DNA of 64,000 nt, taken from positions 62,001-126,000 of the forward strand of contig NW_015165283.1 of NCBI RefSeq assembly GCF_001447785.1, written 5' to 3'. A program made the position numbers and the translations under genes. The DNA is from Gekko japonicus (lineage: Eukaryota). This document shows positions 1 to 11,769 of this stretch, in pieces. How positions within the stretch are numbered: position 1 is the stretch's first letter; every line of letters starts with the position of its first letter. The notes under the pieces were generated by a model. It was not told the DNA's origin and did no database searches. It was given only the letters and a program-made list of their open reading frames with translations.

Positions 1-49
1 TAAGACAGAAAGCAAATAAAGGTAGGTTGGTTGTTGGGTGGGAAGGAGA

Positions 50-477
50 TAGGGTTGCCAACTCCAGAGTAGGAAATTGCTAGAGATTTGGGGACTGGAG
101 ACTGGGGAAAGGAGGTTTTGAGGAGGGGAGGGACGTCAGAGGGGTATAATGCCATAAACCCCACTCTCAAAAGAATCCAGTTTCCCCAGGGGAACTGGGG
201 TTGCCAACCTCTAGTTGAGGGCTGGAGATCAGCCAGAATTACAACTGCTCTCCAGATGATGGAGGTCAGTTCCCCTGGAGGATGGATGCTGTGGCATTAT
301 ACCCTGCTGGGGTCACTTCCATCTCCAAACCTAGGCCTCCCAAGGCTCCACCCCCAAATTTCCAGGAATTTCCCATCCTGGAGCTGTCAACCCTAAGGGG
401 GAACTGATCTCTGTAGCTGGAAGATCTGTTGTGATTCCAGGACATTTCCAGCCCCCACCTGGAGGCTGGCAACCCTA
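50..477. mobile_element. Non-autonomous hAT-like MITE (TIR TAGGGTTGCCA) with a second copy of the family nested inside
   Basis: Termini tagggttgcca (50) and tggcaacccta (477); flanks gaaggaga/gaagaagt (6/8, putative 8-bp TSD). The same family recurs at 19530, 36869, 46091 and 53517. Confidence 0.8.
196..395. mobile_element. Inner copy of the TAGGGTTGCCA MITE, opposite orientation
   Basis: tggggttgcca...gtcaacccta flanked by aggggaac (188-195) and agggggaac (396-404). Confidence 0.75.
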
Positions 478-1247
478 GAAGAAGTGAAGGAAGCAGGAAA
501 AGGGCATGGGGGCTTTCAGGAAAGAGAAAGAGTAAATCGGGGGGGGGGACCTTGAAGTGAGATGCCTCCCGCAAGTGCTTGCACTTTCCCATTTGTAAAT
601 GCATGCTGTAAACTGAGGAAAGAATTTTAATTGATCAGTCATTGTTCTTTTAAGCCATCAAGTGGTTACATTTTTAAAATATACAGTTTAATAAGCAGAA
701 GATGCTAGATACAATAAAAAAGCCATTATAACCCCCCCACACACCTTTCCATTATAGCAACAGCTGTACTAATTGTCCTGACAGACATCCAGGAGGGCAC
801 ATTTTACAATCCTGTATTGCTTTATGGAAGAGATTATTCATTGGTAAAATTAATTAGTATGAGATCAGTGAAGTCTAGTGGCAAGAGATAGTATGATATT
901 TTTAAAAGATGTTTAAACAGCTTCAAACCTTGAAGGTCTAAAAAGTAGGTGCTGAGACATGTATTAGCCTTTTTTTTTTTTTGGTTACTGAATCTTCTGA
1001 ATATCCTACTTAGAAAAATCAAATAGTCTTGAAAAGTTAGGCCATTCTGGACTTGCCTGGTCTAATTGAGACTATGTCTGACCAAACTGGAGATAAATAT
1101 TAATGTTACGTTATTAATGTTACTTCTAAGATTGCCAAAGGTTTAGATAGTCTGATCATATTATATAAATCAGAAGTGATGATTATATTTGACTCTGTAC
1201 TTGATTAACTGGGGATTTTTTAAAAAAATCAAATATAAGTTACTATG

Positions 1248-2333
1248 GATTTTCTGACCAGGCTTGTAAAATGGCATACATTTTGTTAGCATGCAAGCAT
1301 TAAAAATGTGCTTGTATATGAAAACACAGGAAGTCTGGGTTCTCTACAGATGGAATAGAATATAGATGTGTGAGATGGTCAGTCAAATGACAATTGGCCT
1401 GAATAAGAATGGTCAGCCCATGCCTGAATTTGGCAGACAGCTGTTTTTTTAAAAAAGTAGATTTGATATGATGCTTGTGAATTTCACTTATGTTGGTAAT
1501 TTCAGGGACCAGCATATAGAACATATAGAGTGGGACCCAAGCACTGCCAAGCAGAGCAAAACTCAGGGCAGGGGTCTGTGTCCAAACCCCTGCATTTTCT
1601 AAAAAAGTCTTGTGAAAGCTGGTGGGCCCTAAGACACAGAGGAGGATGGCGGATGGCTGCAGTGGAAAAGAAGAGTTGGAGGAATAACCCCCCACACTCA
1701 TGCTCTCTTGTGCAAACTCTTCTGTGAACAAAGCAAGAGCTTGCAAGTGTGTGTGTGTAAATTTCTGCTGATGCGCCATTCCTGTTGTAGCTGAAAGTGG
1801 CTGTTAAAGGTCAGGGTTTTACTCAGGAACAATGCGGAATACCGTTCCACATTACTTGAGTAAAAACCCTGACCTTTAGCAGAGGTTCAGTAGGCTGGAA
1901 GAAGAAGGGGAACCTAACATCCCTTCCATAAACTCTGGTCTAATTATGAACATTTGGAGCAAACCAATAATAAACACGCATACATATAATTGTACGAGCT
2001 CGTGAATTTGATTATTATCCGTAACATAGTGCAAGCTAACTTATATAATTAAACACCAATTTAAAACTAGCCATACAGATACATGCAGTATTTTCTGAAT
2101 TCTAGACAATGCTTAGGAGCGTTATGAAATATATTGTGTCTTGCTCCTCTGTTCTGAACAGGACAGCGTGGAGAAATAATTTCACACTGCATATAATACA
2201 TTTGATATGAAGGAAACTTGAAAATTATTTAGTTACAGATTCTCTGACCAGGCTTGCAAAATGGCATACATTATGTTAATAGAGAAGCATTTGAAAATGA
2301 AGTTGAATATTAAACACAGGAAGTTTAGGTTCT
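1248..2333. repeat. Diverged ~95-bp direct repeat pair (1248-1343 and 2238-2333)
   Basis: Both copies read gatt.tctgaccaggcttg.aaaatggcatacatt.tgtta...aagcatt..aaa..aaacacaggaagt.t.ggttct. Confidence 0.8.
1801..1882. repeat. 82-bp near-perfect inverted repeat (foldback or MITE-like hairpin)
   Basis: ctgttaaaggtcagggttttactcagg pairs with cttgagtaaaaaccctgacctttagcag; inner aatgcggaa/ttccacatt also pair. Confidence 0.85.
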
Positions 2334-2474
2334 AATGTGAAGGTAGGCATAATCTTAAGGAAAAAAGCTTGTTTTAGTAGTTTCATTTCTCTCATTAAGT
2401 TACTGTCAACTTGAATGACAGCTTAACTGATGACAGCTAAATCAGAATGCTTGGATTTAAACATAATGAGATTA

Positions 2475-2563
2475 ACAGTATCATTCTTGGCAGAGTTACA
2501 CCCTTCTAAGCCCTTTGACTTCAACAGATTTGGAGTGTGCAGCTCTCCTTGGGATGGCATTGT
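2475..2563. mobile_element. Short palindromic MITE-like repeat (old)
   Basis: cagagttacacccttctaagccctttgacttcaacagatttggagtgtgcagctctc is an imperfect palindrome; related copies lie near 47655-47740 and 39972-40060. Confidence 0.5.
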
Positions 2564-2911
2564 AAACAGACATTGTAGAAAAGGTCATTTGTCTTGTGGA
2601 TTACAGTTTCCAAAATATGAAAATCCCTGCCTGTGACCTTCATCTGCTCTACCACCCCCAGCTTTCTGAGGGTCTGCTCCCTTAAATGGCTCCACCCTTT
2701 CTCCCTGGCAACCTATAGCTAATCAGATTTGCCTATATAATTGATCTGTGGTGGGCAAACAAAGCCCTTCATATTGTCCTCTGTTTGTGGGGTGGGGAGA
2801 GAAGGAATTCGTTCTGCTGCCCAGACAATTCGGTCAGTGTTCCTGGTTTCACCATGTAGTTTTGTTGTCTGACAGCACTCTTCACGGAGACTTTGGTCCC
2901 CATCCAACTTC

Positions 2912-3020
2912 AATCACCCTCTCATAGTTACATATAAATAGTTTGTGTGGAATATGGATAGGGATCGTAATCACCCTCTCATAGTTACATATAGTTTGTG
3001 TGGAATATGGATAGGGATCG
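2912..3020. repeat. Tandem near-duplicate (~57 bp x2) next to an N-gap
   Basis: 2912-2968 and 2969-3020 differ by a 4-bp indel. Confidence 0.9.
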
Positions 3021-3564
3021 ATATTGACTTGTATTCAAATGTGCATCCTATTGAAAGTAATATAGTGTGACTGGGCANNNNNNNNNNNNNNNNNNNNNNN
3101 NNNNNNNNNNNNNNNNNNNNNNNNNNNNNCCACACACACATAACTGGAGAAAAGGAGACCACAGTTTTTACTGAAAAAAACAATCACAGGAGCATTGGTG
3201 CAACATGGGGCATAGATCCAGCAATGGATGACACGTCTGTTGGTTGATAAGACAAACTGTGGCCTGCTGGGGGAGCCATGGTGGGATGGCAAGCCCTGAG
3301 GATCCACGTGGGTGCAAGTCTCTGCACTGTTCCCTCGCCATCTGGGGTGAGGGCCAGGTGACAAGCTCTCGAGCTGGGCATGTTGCTGAACAGCTGCCTT
3401 CACAAGATCCCTTATGGGGTTGCCCATACCTGGGAAGGCAGGCACACTGGCTCAGCCTCCCCCCAAACTAGATACACCCTGATGCATACCATCCTTACAT
3501 TCTTCTTCAACTAATCCACTGGCTGAATTGGGGCAAGGATTCCCCCCCTATGATGGGTGTGAAT

Positions 3565-4115
3565 TAGGGGTGTACAGAAAAACACCCAGTATTTCGGGGG
3601 TTGGGGTTGGGTATACCAAACCCGCAAAATATCGGTATATACCGATATTCCTGAATCCTATTATCCATATTGTATTGGGATTCAGAAAGAGATCGGTATT
3701 GCTGAAAATATTCAGCTATTCCCCATCTCTTTCCTAGCTGGCCCACCGTGGCAGGTTGGCTGGGGAAGAAGGGATGACACAGAAGGGAAGGGGGGGCATT
3801 TAAACATGCCTCCCTGATCTGTCATTCATTCCCCAGCCAGTCTGCTATGGCTGGTTCGCTGGGGAAGGGAAGAAAGATCAGGGAGGCATGGGAACTTGTC
3901 TCCCCATTCCTTTCCCAACTGGCCTGCTGCGGTGGGGTGGCTGGGGAAGGGGAGACAGATTGGGGAAGCATGGCTGGAAGGCATTTCAGTGCTCCCTTTT
4001 GCTCCCTCCAGTTCAGAGTGGGGGAAGTGAAAGGGAGTACTAAAATGGCTGCCAGCCATTTAAACTTAACAGCTGACAGGCAGGCCACCTGTCAGCTGTT
4101 AGGTTTAAATGGCCA
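3565..4115. mobile_element. Non-autonomous DNA transposon fragment (hAT-like) with internal hairpin
   Basis: Starts taggggtgtac, followed by ccga/tcgg subterminal repeats (atatcggtatataccgatat); 26-bp-arm hairpin at 4055-4113. Confidence 0.5.
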
Positions 4116-4119
4116 TACA

Positions 4120-6130
4120 AAACACAGTGAGACACACAGTGAAATTGTAACCGGCAAAACAACTGCATGTACATTTTTTTTAACCTAAGCAAAGATAATT
4201 AAACTACTCAAACTATTCTATGAAAAATAATGTTATATCATATACACAATTCATAAATACAAATTCCAAAGGTATTCATATACCAACAATATCAAAATTC
4301 AAATTCTCACATCATAGGGCAATAAACCAAACAATCCCACAGTCCATCAAAGGCTCATAAATCACTCTGCTGAAGGTGCTCAGGTGTCTTCAGTTTTCAG
4401 AAATAGAAGTCACGTTCCAAGTTGAAACTAGACAACTGAGCCACAGCGCTGATATCCAAAGACAGCGTTCCTGGTGAAGTCCTCCTATGGGCACGCTAGC
4501 AGTGTTCCGCATTTTACCTGGCAAGGCTTTTCCAAGTAGGAACCACTTTCTGAAAACAGGATATCACTATAAGATGAATTATGCAAAGTCTTAAAAATGC
4601 AATATACTTCAACATGCCTTATTACAAATAATTTAAAAAGTAAAGGTAAAGGTTTCCCTTGCTCAAAAGTCAGTTGAATCTGACTCTAGGGGGTGGTGTT
4701 CATCTCTGTTTCCAAGCCGAAGAGCCAGCGCTGTCTGAAGACTTTTCCATGGTCATGTAGCCGGCATGACTAAACACCAAGGTGCAAGCCGGCATGACTA
4801 AACACCAAGGTGCATGGAATGCTGTTACCTTCCCACCAAAGTGGTACCTATTTATCTCCTTGCAATTTCTTGCTTTCAAACTGCTAGGCTGTTAGGAGCT
4901 GGGACCAGAGACAAGAGCTCACTCCATCATGCGGCACTACGGTCTCCAACTGCCAAGCTAAAGACCTTCCAGTCTGCAGCTCAGCTTCTTAACCTCTGAG
5001 CCACTGCAGCCCCTTACAAGCAATTGCAACAATTTAAATAAACTGGGGCTGAATCCTGACAATTGAGTTAAAATTTACATTGCCTGAACCAAAAACTCAG
5101 TCATATTCTTCCAAAATACCTTTTCAAGGCTTTCTTCTGGTTTGTAACTGCTCTTAGCTTGAACCATATCTATCATACATATTAAAATACCTCCATGTAA
5201 CTCAATTCAGGTTTACAGCTTCTGTAATACAATCAGCCCTTAAAGGTACAGTACAACAAATGTATACCCACTTAAACAAAGCAGGATAAATCGTTATGCT
5301 GATTCAAACCCAACGGGGAGAAAGTCTAAAAATCCACTGTGCCTCAAGTTACAGCAACATCGGTAGTGGAAAATCTTCTGCTATGCAATTCGCAAATAAC
5401 GAAAAATCTTAAAGAGTCATCATCATGTAGGTGCGAGACAAAATGTTCAGTCAGGGAAGCCTCCGTAATTTTATTCCTGATGCATGAGTCTAATCATACT
5501 TCCAACGTATAACTTTGGACATGGGCAGAAGACCCCATAAACAGTTCTTCTCATGTTGCAGCTGGTGAAATCTGTCAGCTGTACTTTAAAACTAGTGTCT
5601 GGATGTATTCTTTAATCTCTAGTGCCATTCCACAAGCTGTGCAGGTCCTGCACTTATGGTGGTACTTTAAAACTGTATCAGATTTTATTTAAAAAATCAC
5701 ACACATTTTTGGTTCTTTTGAAATCTACTGGAGAGAGGGGCTGTTGACATCCAGGAATCTTTTTTTATACTAAACCAATATTTCTCATTATCTCTTTTAA
5801 TGGAAAGTGCTCTTGGAGAATACTGAAAAGAACAAGTTATGCTGTCCTGTTTCTTACAGCTAATTTGTTGTCATCAGTCCTAAAGAACACTGTATCTAGG
5901 AATTTCACAATATCGCTATTGCTATTAGATGTAAACTTAATAGTATTATGGATACTATTTGCCCATTTGACAAATCCCTGAACTTCCTCTGCCCCTTGAA
6001 AAATGACAAACAATTTGTCAATAAATCTCTTAAAAATAATAATATTTTCAAAATAAGGATTAATATGGGGATTACTTAGGAAGTCTGTTTCAGGTATGTG
6101 GCATAAAGTTTCCCAACAGTAGAAAGCCAA
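4120..6130 (-). mobile_element. Penelope-like retroelement (Neptune-type), degraded: RT C-terminus, Cys linker, GIY-YIG endonuclease and 3' region
   Basis: ORF 5837-6130 has FKRFIDKLFVIF...NSIHNTIKFT...VKFLD (Penelope RT). The minus strand gives HHKCRTCTAC at ~5630-5665 and FTSCNMRRTVYGVFCPCPKLYVGS (GIY-YIG) at ~5490-5580. Interrupted by a SINE at 4634-5013. The left boundary is approximate. Confidence 0.85.
4634..5013 (-). mobile_element. Sauria SINE
   Basis: (ACCTTT)n tail read as aaaggtaaagg, tRNA-derived head at the right end, approximate TSD ttacaaataatt/ttacaagcaatt, and an internal 28-bp duplication at 4759-4814. Confidence 0.85.
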
Positions 6131-6134
6131 CTAG

Positions 6135-7510
6135 GAAGAGGGCAGTCTCCTTTTTTAAAATATAGGGACCATTATCGCGTTTGTCTAGGTTTCAGGTATT
6201 ATGGCCATGAACATAGCAGCCAGAAAGAGGGTCTACCACTCAGGGAATGCCTTAATCAGCTCAGGAGGAATAGCATTGGGACAAGGGGCCTTCCCTGGTT
6301 TAATATGTTTAATTAATAACTCAATCTCCTCTATATGGACTGGTGGCTACTCTGGATAATCGGCCAAATTAACATCAACATTCTCTAAAGGGCTGACTTT
6401 GCTCTCCTTAAAAACCTGTGAAAAATAATCATACCAGTCATTAGGTGAAATTAGACTGTTATGGGCACACTTACAGTCCAGAGTCTCAGAAATCAAAGCC
6501 CAGAATTTCTTGGTATCATTCTTTAATGTACATTGGATAAGAAGTTCCCAACATTAAGCCTTTTGTTTAATTCTATAAAGTTGGTGTAGTTGAGCTTCTA
6601 TCTGAAAATATTCCATTGGGAGTCTTCCTAATCCAGATACACTATACCAGTGGTGGCGAACCTATGGCACGGGTGCCAGAGGCGGCACTCAGAGCCCTCT
6701 CAGTGGGCACGCGTGCCATCACCCCAGCCAGGCCCAGACCATCATTAAAGTGTTGAATTCTCTGCCAAATAATTTTAAGTAAATGAAAGCATTTGGGATG
6801 GCTTTCCTTACTTTGTTTGGATCATCTTAAGTTAATGTATGAGTTGTTCTTTCTAAAGTAAAACCTCAGTATTCAGGTTAAATTGCCGTGTTGGCACTTT
6901 GTGATAAATAAATGGGTTTTGGGTCACAGTTTGGGCACTCTGTCTCTAAAAGGTTCGTCATCACTGCCTTATACTGATGATATATAGCACAGACATAAGA
7001 TTTCATTTGGTGGCATTCACTGTCAAACCAAACCTACTTTCAGGCTTAGTTCACTGTTGTTGCTCTGATTGTAACCTAAGAAATTCTGTGCATTCTAGAA
7101 ATCTGGTTCAGGGATTCCAGTCTTGCACCCTCAAGTCTCCAAAAGGAGAAAGGAGGCTCAATAACAAGAGAGAGAGAGAGAGGGAGATGGTCACTATCAA
7201 CATGATCCCTTATTGAAAAAGCTCTCACTTGTTCCAGCGAAATTAGGAAATAATCACACTGCATCCTCGACTCGAGGCAAAGGTGAATTTGCCTGGAAAA
7301 TCATGAGGTGGAACACCATTCAGGATGGACAAATTAAGCCTGAGGCAAAATTGGACAAGACGAATCCCTGATTCATTAATTTGAGAATCCTTAGAAAGTC
7401 TAAAATTAAACAGGCTATCAAGCAAGGGATTATTTGGATGAAGACCTAAGCCCTTGGCAAGGGCAAAACCATCCTGTCCTAGTCTGGTATTAAAATCACC
7501 CACCACTTTG
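6135..7510 (-). mobile_element. Degraded non-LTR retrotransposon ORF2 (APE endonuclease plus RT N-terminus), RTE-X-like
   Basis: GDFNTRLG...SKDSQINESG...LSILNG..HDFPGKFTF...DY...SDHLPL (APE). The minus strand at 6150-6560 reads KKFWALI...DWYDYF...IEEIELLIKHIKPGKAPCPNAIPPELIK...MVPIF. Clade assignment is tentative. Confidence 0.8.
6648..6966. mobile_element. hAT-Charlie-type MITE (OposCharlie1/OC1-like termini)
   Basis: TIRs cagtggtggcgaacct / aggttcgtcatcactg; 8-bp flanks cactatac/ccttatac with central TA. Confidence 0.85.
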
Positions 7511-7667
7511 CACTTCTGAATCACTGTAGTGTGCTGTTTAAAATGTTTACAGCACTTCTAATATTTCTGTTCTTTCCCCTCACCTTTTTGCCATGTGATC
7601 GTCCTTGAACTTTGTTTTAACATTCTAAGTTAAGCACTATAGCGCTAGACCAACATAGCTACCGCAG

Positions 7668-7830
7668 CCAGGGGTCATTTCGTAGAAAAAGAGGTGCAGG
7701 AGCTTATTAGCATAACTTATTTGCATATGCCACATCCCATGACATCACCGGAAGTGTGTCAGAAGGCAACACCAACTGCTCAGGCTCCACCCCAAAAATC
7801 TCCAGGTATTTCCCAACTTAGAGCTGGCGA
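7668..7830. mobile_element. hAT MITE fragments (CAGGGGTCATTTCGTAGAAAAA family plus a TAGGGTTGCCA-family piece)
   Basis: caggggtcatttcgtagaaaaagaggtgcaggagcttattagcataacttatttgcat; a matching half occurs at 15476-15546. Confidence 0.65.
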
Positions 7831-9774
7831 GCCAGCTTTACACTTTTTGACTAAAGACAATTTAGGTTTCCTTTGCTCTTGCAGGGAAGCTACCCTACAA
7901 CCATGAAAATACAGATCACCCTAGGAAAACCTCCAGCTAGTAAACGGATTAGTCTGCTACAAAAGCATCTGAAAGTCTGGTGGAACCACAGCTTTTATCA
8001 GGACAAATATGTACACTGGCCCTATCAGGCAGTGGGAAGGCGGAAGGGCGGGCTCCTGTCCACGGCTGGCTGAGCAGGGCACAGCCAAGGCAGAGGCTTC
8101 TCCTCTTCACACTCCCCTCCGCCTCCCCCACTCCTGGCAGGGTGAACTTCCCCCTCAGGTGGGCATTCCTCCCTCACTCCTCCTCCTCCTGCCCCCAAGG
8201 ACAGCTGAAGGGATGCTGCTGAAGTTTCTCTAAGCTGCCCTCCCCCTCGGTGCAGGTGGGCCAGAAATGGCAGCAGCGGTGGTGGGGGGAGGGGAGGGGG
8301 GCTCTTTACTGCCTTATTTCCGGCAGATAAGACCCCTGATGGCAGCACTGTTGAGATGCCTTTGCACCATTGAGATACATTGAGATTGTGGCTGTTGTTA
8401 CATGGATTCCAAAAGCCAAGTTACTGCCCTACAGTTAGTGTTTATAAAGAGGCCTTCAGCCAAATGGAACTGGGTCTTTGTTGTTGCTCTATTACAGAAA
8501 AGCAACACACATTTCTTTTGCCAGCATGGCAAATGAGCCCAGAGAAATGTATGGAACATAAACCCTTTCTTAGCTGAAGCCCAATGGACAGAGAGGAATA
8601 TCTAGTCTGGAATGTCATAAAAGGCATTCACTTCATATGTGACAAACGATAATTTTTGGGGAAAGAAAATATAACTGGGATTGCTGCTTATTTGACTGTG
8701 TCAGAAGTCAAGAACATTACCTCAACTGATGGTAGCCAGCCATACAGATTTTAGCCCTACCAAAAACCACCCCCCAGCAGCTCCTAGGCCCCACTCCTAT
8801 TGCATTCAGGAAGCTTTTGTGTTCCTAAATCGATGTGTGTGTGTGTGTGTGTTTAAAATCTTCCCTGAAGCAATATATTAGTGGTAGAGCTAAGTGGCAG
8901 AAATAGTTCTGGGCACCTTGGGAAAGTCCAACTGTGATCAAAACTGCTGTTCGCTGGCTGAAGTTGTTCAAACACAGCTGCTTTTACTGGCATTCTGAGA
9001 GTGGAAGTGCACCTGTGAATTGTCAACACTGCCACTGCATTCTCCCATTAAATCTCTGTACCAGGGTGTAAATACTTCAGAATCAACTAGGTCCAGAATA
9101 CATTATATTGTGCTTTGCTTCCATTCATTTCTCTCGCAGTCAGAAATGACCTCGTGCTTGGAATGCTTTGTTTCCTGGCTGCCTGGGAAATGTGACAGTA
9201 TTCATTTGCTTACAGGCACAAAAATGACTGATTGTTCCTTCGCAGTCAACAAAAAAACCAATCGAGAATCAGGACAGTGGTAATAAGTACTGTAGTACTT
9301 TGCTTTTTTTTTTGGTTTTTGTTATAAGTGAAGGGACGTTAATGGCAAAAGCTTCAAGATAGAGTAACACACACACACACACACGAACACAGACAAGCAC
9401 ACACTTTGATTGGCCTGTTAGAACGTCATCAATTTATACTTAACTGAAATGTCACACTTTGCTACTTGCAAACCCCTCACTATTCTGCAGAATTGTCTCT
9501 GCAAGTTTAACGCACAGGAGGCTAATAGTTAACAGTAAACATGTTTTTCCCAGAGCATATTTCTGTTGAAAGAGCAAAGCATTACAGTAGACCGGATGTT
9601 TTAGGTCATTTATTTTGTTTTTGCTCTGGGTCATTTTACAAAAGCACGTCTGCTCTTTAGCGTTAAAATGAGAGCCATTCTTACTCCCCAGATATTACCC
9701 AGAAGCACTTGGAGGCTCTTAATGATTAATACCATCACAGTCCAGCCACAAACCTTTCTGGCGCAGATAATGCC

Positions 9775-10561
9775 NNNNNNNNNNNNNNNNNNNNNNNNNN
9801 NNNNNNNNNNNNNNNNNNNNNNNNNNNNNNNNNNNNNNNNNNNNNNNNNNNNNNNNNNNNNNNNNNNNNNNNNNNNNNNNNNNNNNNNNNNNNNNNNNNN
9901 NNNNNNNNNNNNNNNNNNNNNNNNNNNNNNNNNNNNNNNNNNNNNNNNNNNNNNNNNNNNNNNNNNNNNNNNNNNNNNNNNNNNNNNNNNNNNNNNNNNN
10001 NNNNNNNNNNNNNNNNNNNNNNNNNNNNNNNNNNNNNNNNNNNNNNNNNNNNNNNNNNNNNNNNNNNNNNNNNNNNNNNNNNNNNNNNNNNNNNNNNNNN
10101 NNNNNNNNNNNNNNNNNNNNNNNNNNNNNNNNNNNNNNNNNNNNNNNNNNNNNNNNNNNNNNNNNNNNNNNNNNNNNNNNNNNNNNNNNNNNNNNNNNNN
10201 NNNNNNNNNNNNNNNNNNNNNNNNNNNNNNNNNNNNNNNNNNNNNNNNNNNNNNNNNNNNNNNNNNNNNNNNNNNNNNNNNNNNNNNNNNNNNNNNNNNN
10301 NNNNNNNNNNNNNNNNNNNNNNNNNNNNNNNNNNNNNNNNNNNNNNNNNNNNNNNTTCTTCCACTATTCATTTTTGATAAGAACAAAGGNNNNNNNNNNN
10401 NNNNNNNNNNNNNNNNNNNNNNNNNNNNNNNNNNNNNNNNNNNNNNNNNNNNNNNNNNNNNNNNNNNNNNNNNNNNNNNNNNNNNNNNNNNNNNNNNNNN
10501 NNNNNNNNNNNNNNNNNNNNNNNNNNNNNNNNNNNNNNNNNNNNNNNNNNNNNNNNNNNNN
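9775..10561. other. Assembly gaps (N runs 9775-10355 and 10390-10561; others at 3078-3129, 14374-14653, 23434-23482, 52080-52973)
   Basis: Runs of n in the sequence. Confidence 1.
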
Positions 10562-11769
10562 TCTCACTGTGAATCCACTTTACCTTTTAGATCACTTGCT
10601 TAACACTAAAAGTGCCAACAGAATCGCAGGCCATTATTCCAAATGTCATTCTGTGCCAAAGCCATTTCCAATGCCCTTCCCTCCAAATGAATGAATCAAA
10701 GAACATCTGCCAGTTCGGTTATCTCGTCCTTGTAAATCTTCTGTAGGAAGAGTTTAACATAACTTAATTTGTGCTCAGTTTGAGTAAAAGAGGTCACTGG
10801 TAAGTCTTTAAAAATACAGTGCTAGGATCTTAACTCTTTAAAAGTAAGGCGTTTATGCCTTAATGCTGTTTAATATGGGAAGTAGCATTAGAATGAAATG
10901 ACTTTTTTTTTCAAGGAACAAAGACTTTTCCTGTACTAATTCATCCTGCAGAAAAATCGTGCCCTTTCCTTCATGCTGAAGTCTCTGCTTCCAGCAGAGC
11001 TTTTAAAGTCAAGTAGTCCAGGTACTGGGTAGATTTTCTCCTCCAAAAGATATGCCTTTTCTACAACTTCAACATTTACAGTACAGGAATTATACTTGTT
11101 AGAACTGGTCTATCTACCTCCAGATACGTTTCATGAGACATATCTCAAGGTACATCAAGGAGACATCTGAATGAATCAAATTAAACATCTCCTCCCCATC
11201 GGAGCATTTTGTTAAGAGCAGATTGTTATATTGATTATTTCTGAAAATCCCAACCTGCAAAAGAAAAGGAGTAGATATCAACTCAACAGTTCTAGTAAGT
11301 GTTGCGCATTTCAGGCACCACAGAGGCCTTTGCATGCTAATAATAGTTGGGAGAACTAGAAGCACAGCTGTCAGCTTATTTGGTATTCCACCGAAAACCT
11401 TCCTGATGCATTGAACTGCTTTAAAAAAATGAGCACCCTGGTGCTGAACTGCATGGCAGTGGATGCAAATCCAGGAAACAATTTTTAAAAAATCAGTAGA
11501 GATCCTTAAGATGTTAGGGCAGTATCAGAGTGATACTAGTGATAGCCTTGCAATTTTAGGGTTTTTAAAAAAATAAAAATAAACATTGCACGAGTGTTCC
11601 TGCATCGTCTTTGCATGGGGCAGTATCCAGCTATCAAAGACATTAAAAGAAGTTCACAAAAATGCAAGCATTGGGGGGGGGGGAGTTAGAGGAAATACAA
11701 TCTATATCGACATCATAGACTAGACACTGTCCCAAAGGTGCTTGTGATACTCCAACAACCACATTCCAC

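Noticed and set aside
1300-1779. 159-aa minus-strand ORF
   Set aside because: No recognisable motif or splice context; consistent with chance.
8015-8350. GC-rich block with several overlapping ORFs
   Set aside because: Low-complexity GC content explains the ORFs; probably an unclassified repeat, but the termini are too weak to call.
9631-10694. Long ORFs of 100-310 aa (also 14184-14717 and 51861-53105)
   Set aside because: They are runs of X across N-gaps.
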